Both the position numbers and the translations under genes were made by a program. 18,678 nucleotides of DNA from an uncultured bacterium. Its GTDB lineage: Bacteria; SAR324; NAC60-12. How positions within the stretch are numbered: position 1 is the stretch's first letter; every line of letters begins with the position of its first letter. The notes under the pieces are model-generated. The model did no database searches. It was not told the DNA's origin and saw only the letters and a program-made list of their open reading frames with translations. The stretch spans positions 1 to 18,678 of the forward strand of contig CAXGMD010000070.1 of the NCBI GenBank assembly GCA_964010765.1, read 5' to 3'. Shown here piece after piece: positions 1 through 7,021 of this stretch.

Positions 1-1214
1 CCACCACCCACCTGATTCGGATGGCCCTCCTTAAGATTGAAATCAACTGCCCTATTCTGCAGACTAATGCCTGTTTCTGGAACAACAATTCCTGAGCCGA
101 AGCCCATACGGTTTGACTGAATGTAGGAGATCATCATTCCGTTTTGATCGGCAGCAGTTAGGTACACCGTACCGCTGGGTTTGGGAACCCCATGGCCCAG
201 TTCCTGGGCTTTGCTCAAATCGATAATTTGGGAGCGTTGGTTGAGATATTCTTCATTCAACAAATGTTCAGCAGTCACTTCCATTGATGATGGATCAGCA
301 AAATACCGATAAGCATCCGCTAACGCTAGTTTCATCACCTCAATTTGGACATGAAGACTATCTACTGAATCAACAGGCCAATCTTTGATTTGCAGATGCC
401 TCAGAATACCCAGAGCAATTAAGGCAGCCAGACCCTGACCATTGGGTGGGATTTCGTGCAGTTCATGGCCCATGAATTCCTGAAAAACCGTACCCACCCA
501 GTCACATTGATGCTGGTCTAAATCTGCAAGAGCCATTGCCCCTCCATGTCGCATTGAGTCAGCAATGATCTGCTTGGCCAAAACTCCTCGATAGAATGCT
601 TCACCCTTGGTTTCTGCAATCAGTTTTAATGTCTTGGCTTGATCCAGGTTTTGAAAGCGTTCTCCCGTTTGGAGAGCTCTTCCCTGGGGCAGGAAAACCC
701 TACGAAACTCCTCAAACTTGCCAAGAACTTCGACGGATTCTTCCCACATTTCTGCCGAAACGGGGCCAACTTGGAACCCAGACTCAGCATAACGGATTGC
801 GGGTTCAAATAATTTTTCAAAAGGTAGACGACCAAAACGCTTGGACAGTGCCACCCAGGCGGAGACACAACCGGGTACTGTGATTGCCTCCCAACCTCGC
901 TGAGGCATTTCCTTAAGGCCTGCAAAGCGTGCAGGGGTCCAAGCAGCCGGTGAACGTCCTGAAGCATTCAATCCATGTAGTTGTTGACCATCCCAGAGAA
1001 TGCAGAAAGCGTCAGAGCCAATGCCATTCATCACCGGTTCAACCACTGTCAGGGTGATAGCGGTTGCCAGGGCTGCATCCACTGCATTGCCTCCATCCTG
1101 CAACATCCGCAAGCCAGCCTGAGCTGCTAGCGGCTGCGAGGTTGCCACGATGTTTTCTGCAAAAATAGGCATTCTGCGGGACGCGTAGGGCATCGCCCAA
1201 GAAAAGTTCTCCAT
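1..1214 (-). CDS. ggt: Gamma-glutamyltransferase-family Ntn hydrolase (YwrD/HpxW-like subgroup), 3' end outside the window
   Basis: Translated by hand; absent from the ORF track because it runs off the edge. ATG at 1214 with AGGA upstream. Reads MENFSWAMPYASRRMP...VATSQPLAAQAGLRMLQDGGNAVDAA...EPVMNGIGSDAF...LNASGRSP...TVPG...EIPPNGQG...GTVYLTAADQNG (predicted nucleophile Thr349, codon 168-170)...GFGSG...LQNR. No stop in 404 codons; no signal peptide evident. Confidence 0.93.
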   Translation of the reverse strand, partial: MENFSWAMPYASRRMPIFAENIVATSQPLAAQAGLRMLQDGGNAVDAALATAITLTVVEPVMNGIGSDAFCILWDGQQLHGLNASGRSPAAWTPARFAGLKEMPQRGWEAITVPGCVSAWVALSKRFGRLPFEKLFEPAIRYAESGFQVGPVSAEMWEESVEVLGKFEEFRRVFLPQGRALQTGERFQNLDQAKTLKLIAETKGEAFYRGVLAKQIIADSMRHGGAMALADLDQHQCDWVGTVFQEFMGHELHEIPPNGQGLAALIALGILRHLQIKDWPVDSVDSLHVQIEVMKLALADAYRYFADPSSMEVTAEHLLNEEYLNQRSQIIDLSKAQELGHGVPKPSGTVYLTAADQNGMMISYIQSNRMGFGSGIVVPETGISLQNRAVDFNLKEGHPNQVGG

Positions 1215-1278
1215 GTAGTTCCTGTAAAATTAGAACGCTATCTGTACTGGAATCTAAGTGCGAGGACTTAGGTACTGA

Positions 1279-1725
1279 TCAAATATCCTCGGCAGAGGAC
1301 TCAGCTTGTTGGCGTCGAGTTTGAGCATCCAGGGAATGCCGGACCGAGCCAATAAGGTGCAAATTACTCTTCACCAGTTCAGCATTCAGTTCCAGCAAAT
1401 TCTTGATCTGCTCTTTCAATTCCTTGATCTCTTCCGTCAGACGGGCGTTTAGTTGTCTCTCAGTCCAAGCTACTTCAATCAATTGTTCCAAGCGAGCATC
1501 CGCTTCCTTGGGTAGTTTTGAAATTCGTGACTTTTCCTGTTTTTTTCTTTTCTTGATAGTTGTCTGATAGAGTTCAGACAACTTTTCATAATCTTCTTTT
1601 TTCAGAAAACGCTGATTCCCTTCTCGGGTTGATTCAATTCCATGCAAATTCATTAATTTATAAAGCGTATTTCTGGCACATCCAATCTTTTCTAATGCTT
1701 CGATAACCGGAATTCTTGTTTCCAT
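1279..1725 (-). CDS. Small protein with N-terminal MerR/excisionase-like HTH and C-terminal coiled coil (148 aa)
   Basis: Start moved from 1776 to ATG 1725, which has an AGGAG Shine-Dalgarno (ctcct at 1731-1735). VIEALEKIGCARNTLYKLM...REGNQRFLKKEDYEKL fits HTH plus wing; LTEEIKELKEQIKNLLELNAEL is a heptad repeat. Confidence 0.72.
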   Translation of the reverse strand: METRIPVIEALEKIGCARNTLYKLMNLHGIESTREGNQRFLKKEDYEKLSELYQTTIKKRKKQEKSRISKLPKEADARLEQLIEVAWTERQLNARLTEEIKELKEQIKNLLELNAELVKSNLHLIGSVRHSLDAQTRRQQAESSAEDI

Positions 1726-1890
1726 AAATTCTCCTAGAAGACTGTTGAAATCAGAATCTAAAATTTCATAGCACATATTATGATAGTTATCAAATCATGT
1801 TTATAACAACTGAATTTTAAGTCATGAAATTGAATATCGAAAACTGAACAACTGTATCTGATGGGGGGAATTGGATGGATAAGAAGTAAT

Positions 1891-1912
1891 GCCCACAGGA
1901 TTTATCGTGGGC
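1891..1912 (-). terminator. GC-rich hairpin, probable terminator of the acyl-CoA dehydrogenase gene
   Basis: GCCCAC-aggatttatc-GTGGGC lies 19 nt past the stop at 1932 and is followed on the minus strand by ATTACTTCTT, an imperfect U-tract. Confidence 0.45.
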
Positions 1913-1931
1913 GGATTGCTATGAGGATGTT

Positions 1932-3113
1932 TTAGTTGGCGAGATGGTTACCGAGGATTGCGTCCACACCTTTCTTCATGAGACCTCTGGAGACAACCAT
2001 TCGGTGAATTTCCGAGGTGCCGTCGTAAATACGAAGTACCCGACAGTCACGATAGATCCTCTCCAAGGGAAAGTCTTTGCAGTATCCCATGGCGCCGAAA
2101 AGTTGGACGGCCCGATCCGCAATTTTACCGAGTGTCTCTGCAGAGTTGATTTTCACCATCGAGACTTTTTCACGAGGATCCAGACCACGATCAATCTCGG
2201 AAGCAGCATCTAAAACCAAAAGATGAGCACAATTTAATTCGATCAGACTATCAGCGAGCATTTGCTGGATCATTTGAAACTCTCCGATCGGCTTGCCAAA
2301 CTGCTGACGCTGATTGGCTCGATCCGTCATCATTTTCAATACTCGGCGACCCATCCCAATGGCTCTCGCACCGATGTGAAAAAGGCGGATCCGTCCGATC
2401 GTGGAGAGCAGTAGACTCAGGCCTCTTCCTCTCTCTCCTAGTAAATGTTCAGGACCCAGTTTGACGTTATCAAACTTGATCTCAACATGCGTGCAACCTC
2501 GCAGACCCATCATCGGCATGTCACGAACGACCTTCACTCCAGGCATAGATCTATCCACCAAAAACAATGAAATTCCCCGAGAGCCCTCTACACCCTCAGA
2601 ACGGGCTGAGACAACATAGAAGTCGGAAAACATGCCATCTCCCACGGGGCACTTGTGAGCGTTGAGAATCCAACCATCTCCATCCGGCTTAGCTGTCGCA
2701 GTTATTGCTGCAGAGTCAGATCCAGCTTCAGGCTCTGTCATCGCAATTGAACAGGTTCTTTCTCCTTTCACACAAGGTAGCAACCATTGCTGGCGCTGGT
2801 CCTCGTTACAAGCCAAGAGGACTTCGTAAACATTTCCAAAGGCACGGCGAACCAGTGGATCTGTGGTCTGCCCCATCTCTTGCTCCAGATAAACCATCTG
2901 GATTGCGTTGAAGCCTCCTCCACCAAATTCAGCGGGAATATTCATCCCATAAAAGCCCTGAGTTCTAGATTTTTCAAAAATCTCTCTCGCCAAGTCAGAA
3001 TCCAATGCACCTCTCAACTCCACCTCATCCTCCAAAGGTTGCAGTTCCGTTTTGATAAAATGGCGAAGTTTCAGAACTTGGGCATTTGTTTTTTCATCCA
3101 ATGTAAAATCCAT
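1932..3113 (-). CDS. Acyl-CoA dehydrogenase family flavoprotein
   Basis: AMTEPEAGSD, MMGLRG, RQQFGKPIGEFQMIQ, AVQLFGAMGY, ERIYRDCRVLRIYDGTSEIHR; 393 aa. Confidence 0.95.
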   Translation of the reverse strand: MDFTLDEKTNAQVLKLRHFIKTELQPLEDEVELRGALDSDLAREIFEKSRTQGFYGMNIPAEFGGGGFNAIQMVYLEQEMGQTTDPLVRRAFGNVYEVLLACNEDQRQQWLLPCVKGERTCSIAMTEPEAGSDSAAITATAKPDGDGWILNAHKCPVGDGMFSDFYVVSARSEGVEGSRGISLFLVDRSMPGVKVVRDMPMMGLRGCTHVEIKFDNVKLGPEHLLGERGRGLSLLLSTIGRIRLFHIGARAIGMGRRVLKMMTDRANQRQQFGKPIGEFQMIQQMLADSLIELNCAHLLVLDAASEIDRGLDPREKVSMVKINSAETLGKIADRAVQLFGAMGYCKDFPLERIYRDCRVLRIYDGTSEIHRMVVSRGLMKKGVDAILGNHLAN

Positions 3114-3190
3114 TCAATTTTCTCTTTGGTTGTTGGCCAAATTTATCTGTGCTGTCCGGAAGAGTCTCAGGTGCTTAACAACAAAATACG

Positions 3191-3604
3191 CTACTCCGCT
3201 TCCTCATACCGGCGGATAAATTCTGCAGCTGGAATATCAAAATCTCGCACATGGTGTTCGAACCAAGCCATGTAGTCATATTCAAGAAAGTTCCAAAGTT
3301 GCAGTAAATCTCGCTCCTCCTCCCAGTTTTTTTTGGCTTCTTTGATTGCCTTCAGAGTCTCTGAGTGAGCCTCTACATGCTTTTTAAAGTTGGGACACAT
3401 CACTCTCTTCATACAGGCTTCTTCTTCATTAAAATGATTGAGGACCTGCCCTTCCAAGCGCTGAAGCCATTCAACAATTTGATCGTCATTACTGTTGGGG
3501 AGTGCTCTCATGAAATCATTTAAGATCTCAATTTCTTCTCGATGGAGATCATCAATCACTTCAAGTTGCGTGGACGTACAGTGTTTTGGCTTTGAGCTAA
3601 GCAT
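3191..3604 (-). CDS. Single-domain bacteriohemerythrin (non-haem di-iron protein)
   Basis: Full ligand pattern: DDLH, HFNEEE (HxxxE), HVEAH (HxxxH), HVRDFD (HxxxxD). GGAGA at 3611-3615 abuts ATG 3610 but is well spaced from ATG 3604, so 3604 is preferred. Confidence 0.88.
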   Translation of the reverse strand: MLSSKPKHCTSTQLEVIDDLHREEIEILNDFMRALPNSNDDQIVEWLQRLEGQVLNHFNEEEACMKRVMCPNFKKHVEAHSETLKAIKEAKKNWEEERDLLQLWNFLEYDYMAWFEHHVRDFDIPAAEFIRRYEEAE

Positions 3605-3847
3605 CAACATTCTCCAAAAAGATTCTGCCGGAGATGGTTGCGTTCCAAAAGAAAACCTAGTTGAGTCGAATAATCAAACCAGAGTTCCATTCCCAGGCTC
3701 GCTTTGTTAGAAATTTAGCAGAGATGAGCTAAAGGCAAACCATGATCCAAATCTTTAGTTGGGTTCTAATTCTGAAAATGAGTCCGAGATTACTGTCAAA
3801 CGTAATTAAGGGTTGCTTTTCGTGCCAGCCTCCACTAAAACTGGCTG

Positions 3848-3888
3848 TGGTAGGACCAAATTAAGAATATTTTTGTGTGGCCCAACCA
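3848..3888. promoter_or_regulatory. Tandem FadR/GntR-type operators
   Basis: TGGTAGGACCA (3848-3858, perfect TGGT-N3-ACCA) and TGGCCCAACCA (3878-3888, one mismatch). Both are preceded by TG and followed by AATT/ATTT, with starts 30 bp apart. They match the PdhR/LldR-type consensus, and the downstream operon ends in a FadR-type regulator. Confidence 0.72.
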
Positions 3889-3980
3889 ATTTACTTCAGC
3901 CCGGTTTTTGGAGATGGGAGAGTTCTTCCATCAGGATTCAAGGTCCGGATGATTGCTAATCCTATGATGGGAGACCAAGC

Positions 3981-4952
3981 ATGTCACGCATTCTGATCTC
4001 ACTTTTTGTTGGCTTGAGCCTTTTGACCTCACCTGTTTGGGGGGCTTGGCCAGAGAAACCAATCAAGGTCATTGTTCCATTCAAGGCAGGTGGAACCTCT
4101 GACCAGACCGCAAGAGTTTTCCAAGCTGCTATGAAGGAGAACAACCTTCTTTCCCAGCCTGTCACGATTGTCAACGTAGGTGGACATTACTCGATTGGCT
4201 CTCGGCAAGTCATGGAAGCCAGCCCAGACGGCCATACCTTTCTCTTAATTCACATCGCTTTGATGGGAGGAGAAGGTAGTGGGGCTTTGAACTTTGGCTG
4301 GAGAGACTTTGAACCTGTTGCCGCAACTGGCGAGTTCTGTGTGCTGCCGATGGTCCGCAAAGACTCAGGCATCAACTCTGTTCAGGAACTTCTCAGCGAA
4401 GCCAAAACAAATCCAGATTCATTAATCTTCGGAGCAAACCTCGGCGCAATCAATCATCTCGCAGGAGTCATGCTTCAGGAATTGGTGCCAGGTGCAAAGT
4501 TCCGCTTCGTACAAATTGGTGGAGGAACAGCAAATTACACCGCTTTAACTGGAGCTCAAACCAACGCGACAGTCCTCTCTGGAGCTGAGGTCGTTAAATT
4601 CACCAGAATGCCGGACGGTTCGGAAAATCCCGAAGCTCAAATCAAGCCATTGGCTTACACTGGGGCTGCTCGCTTTGATCAGTTGTCAGATCTACCCACC
4701 ATGAAAGAGTTGGGTTATGACATGGAATTCTGCATCAAGTCATGGTGGTTCGCACCCAAGGGAACTCCTAAGGCAGCAATCGAAGGCTTTGCAAATGCTC
4801 TGGAGGCTTCTACCTCAACGGACCGGTATCAAAAATTCCTAGAAAGTAAAGGGTTTGCCAATCTGTTTTTAGGTGGCAACGATCTTCAGCAAGATCTGCA
4901 GAATACATGGACAGCAATTGAGCCAGTAGCCAAACTAGCCTCAAAAAAATAA
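3981..4952 (+). CDS. tctC: Tripartite tricarboxylate transporter substrate-binding protein (TctC/Bug family)
   Basis: Signal peptide, then WPEKPIKVIVPFKAGGTSD, PDGHT, DFEPVA, PTMKELG, APKGTP; GGAG RBS; adjacent to tctB and tctA. Confidence 0.95.
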   Translation: MSRILISLFVGLSLLTSPVWGAWPEKPIKVIVPFKAGGTSDQTARVFQAAMKENNLLSQPVTIVNVGGHYSIGSRQVMEASPDGHTFLLIHIALMGGEGSGALNFGWRDFEPVAATGEFCVLPMVRKDSGINSVQELLSEAKTNPDSLIFGANLGAINHLAGVMLQELVPGAKFRFVQIGGGTANYTALTGAQTNATVLSGAEVVKFTRMPDGSENPEAQIKPLAYTGAARFDQLSDLPTMKELGYDMEFCIKSWWFAPKGTPKAAIEGFANALEASTSTDRYQKFLESKGFANLFLGGNDLQQDLQNTWTAIEPVAKLASKK

Positions 4953-4957
4953 GTGCT

Positions 4958-4990
4958 ACTCACCACTCTTGTGACTTTGGAGTGGTGAGT
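4958..4990 (+). terminator. Intercistronic stem-loop after tctC (mRNA-stabilising hairpin or leaky terminator)
   Basis: Perfect 11-bp inverted repeat ACTCACCACTC / GAGTGGTGAGT with an 11-nt loop, followed by only a short T run. Confidence 0.65.
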
Positions 4991-5015
4991 TTCGTGATGC
5001 ATTAAAGATATCGAT

Positions 5016-5483
5016 ATGAATCTTCTTCAGCGGTTTGAAGTTTGGGTTTCGTTGTTGGTCATCCTGATCTGCCTAGTTTTTCTCTGGGAATCATGGGATC
5101 TGCCGCCAGGATCTTTTGAACCTTTGGGCTCAGGGCCTGTACCTCAAGCAACTGCATTTATTGTGATTCTTTGTGCTGGGCTGGTGATCTTTAATGCCTT
5201 GAGAAAGCCAGTTCAGCTTTCGGGAGACGAAGAGATCAAAGAACGACCTTCAATCAGTGCTGGTCTAATTATTTCGTTAGCAACTGTTATTTACAGTCTG
5301 ATGCTTCACTTTAGGCTGATGCCTTTCGCTTGGATGACAACCCTCTTTCTGATCATTACGATTTGGAGTCTTGAAAAATTTGAGAAGAAAAAATTTCTTC
5401 CTGCACTAATCACAGCAATCGTGATTGGCTTTGCTAGCGAATACCTTTTCACGGAGGTTTTCATCGTCGACCTACCAACCTGA
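5016..5483 (+). CDS. tctB: Tripartite tricarboxylate transporter small membrane subunit TctB
   Basis: 155 aa, 4-5 hydrophobic segments, LGSGPVP motif, C-terminal YLFTEVFIVDLP; lies between tctC and tctA. Confidence 0.9.
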   Translation: MNLLQRFEVWVSLLVILICLVFLWESWDLPPGSFEPLGSGPVPQATAFIVILCAGLVIFNALRKPVQLSGDEEIKERPSISAGLIISLATVIYSLMLHFRLMPFAWMTTLFLIITIWSLEKFEKKKFLPALITAIVIGFASEYLFTEVFIVDLPT

Positions 5484-5492
5484 CGAGTCGCA

Positions 5493-6989
5493 ATGGATGT
5501 TGAATTACTATTTGCGGCTGCCAGCCAGATCTTAAATCCTTGGCCTTTTTTCTTGCTCTTCATTGGAACCTCACTGGGCATCTTGGTTGGTGCCATCCCT
5601 GGGATGACCGGTGCGATGTTGATTGCACTGACTCTCCCTTTGACTTTCTACATGGATCCCTTCAACGCGATAGTATTGCTTGTAGCGATGTATGTAGGAG
5701 CTATCAGTGGAGGATTAATTACGGCAACACTCCTCAGAATGCCCGGAACCCCAGCTGCTGTGATGACGACGTTTGATGGCTACCCAATGGCCAGAAGTGG
5801 CAAACCAGGTCGCGCATTGGGATTAGGCATTACAGCATCGTTCATTGGTGGATTGATCGCGTGGATCACCCTGGCTACCATCACCAAGCCTCTCTCGATT
5901 TTTGCCACCAAGTTTGGCCCTTTTGAGTATTTCACTCTAATCATGATGGCAATGGTACTAATTGCCTCTGTCAGTGAAGGCTCTTTGGCCAAGGGATTGA
6001 TTTCGGGGTTGCTTGGGATGCTGATTTCGATGCCTGGGGTTGATCCGGCAACAGGAATGCCTCGTCTGACCTTCGATTGGTACATGTTGAATGGGGGTCT
6101 GAAGCTCCTGCCTGTTTTGATCGGGGTCTTTGCCGTGAGCCAGATCATTAAGGATGCCCTCGACATTGGCCAAGTGCCTGAGCGGATAGCGATGAGCAGC
6201 AAGGGCATGCTGATGAGTGCAAAAGATTTCATGGCACAGGGGGTCAACCTGATTCGCTCTTCCTTGATTGGCACTTGGGTAGGAATTCTCCCGGGAATTG
6301 GGGCTTCCATTGGTTCTGTGATTGCCTACACTGCGGCCAAGAATATGTCCAAAACTCCAGAGAAATTTGGGACAGGATCTGAAGAGGGAATCGTGGCTTC
6401 GGAGGCAGCGAATAATGCAACGGTAGGTGGAGCCCTGATCCCCTTGATCGCCATGGGCATTCCAGGAAGTGTCATTGATGCCATTCTAATCGGCGCCTTG
6501 ATGATTCATTCGATTCAACCTGGCCCCACTCTGTTCCTGACAAATGCGGATATTGTCTGGGGAATGATTGCCGCCTGCCTCTTGGCAAATGTGTTGATGT
6601 GGTTACTGATGACAAGCTCCGTTAAATACATTGCTGGATTGATGTATTTGCCCAGAAGCTTCGTTCTTCCTATTGTCATGGTCTTCTGTGTCATCGGTTC
6701 CTTTGCCTTGAACAACACCATGTTTGATGTCTGGGTAATGCTAATCTTCGGAGTGATGGGCTTCCTGATGGAGTGCGCTAAGATTCCTTTGGGTCCTTTC
6801 GTGATAGGGTTTGTCCTCGCACCACTTGCGGAAGAAAAGCTCCGTAGTGGCTTGATGATGACTGCGGGGGATTTCAGTCCTATTTTTACTCGACCACTTC
6901 CACTTTTCTTCACCATTTTAGCCGTGATCCTTCTCCTTTGGCCGATTATCGGTGATTGGATGCGAAAGCGCAGAGCATCTCGCAAATAA
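5493..6989 (+). CDS. tctA: Tripartite tricarboxylate transporter permease TctA
   Basis: GILVGAIPGM, MPGTPAAVMTTFDGYPMA, GILPGIG, EGIVASEAANNATVGGALIPLIAMGIPG; 498 aa polytopic membrane protein. Confidence 0.97.
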   Translation: MDVELLFAAASQILNPWPFFLLFIGTSLGILVGAIPGMTGAMLIALTLPLTFYMDPFNAIVLLVAMYVGAISGGLITATLLRMPGTPAAVMTTFDGYPMARSGKPGRALGLGITASFIGGLIAWITLATITKPLSIFATKFGPFEYFTLIMMAMVLIASVSEGSLAKGLISGLLGMLISMPGVDPATGMPRLTFDWYMLNGGLKLLPVLIGVFAVSQIIKDALDIGQVPERIAMSSKGMLMSAKDFMAQGVNLIRSSLIGTWVGILPGIGASIGSVIAYTAAKNMSKTPEKFGTGSEEGIVASEAANNATVGGALIPLIAMGIPGSVIDAILIGALMIHSIQPGPTLFLTNADIVWGMIAACLLANVLMWLLMTSSVKYIAGLMYLPRSFVLPIVMVFCVIGSFALNNTMFDVWVMLIFGVMGFLMECAKIPLGPFVIGFVLAPLAEEKLRSGLMMTAGDFSPIFTRPLPLFFTILAVILLLWPIIGDWMRKRRASRK

Positions 6990-7021
6990 TTCTTCAGCGT
7001 GAGTAGAGGTCTCATAAAAAA

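Noticed and set aside
596..967. ORF-track entries 596..883 (+) and 626..967 (-)
   Set aside because: Antisense and alternative-frame shadows of the GGT-family gene 1..1214; no motifs.
1244..1277. CTAAGT/ACTTAG hairpin flanked by GTACTG direct repeats, as a possible mini-element scar
   Set aside because: Only 6-bp matches, consistent with chance.
1726..1776. 17-aa N-terminal extension of the HTH protein
   Set aside because: ATG 1725 has a canonical AGGAG SD; the extension is AT-rich upstream sequence.
2787..3275. 162-aa plus-strand ORF and other plus-strand ORFs within 1944-3710
   Set aside because: Antisense to the acyl-CoA dehydrogenase and hemerythrin genes; no recognisable features.
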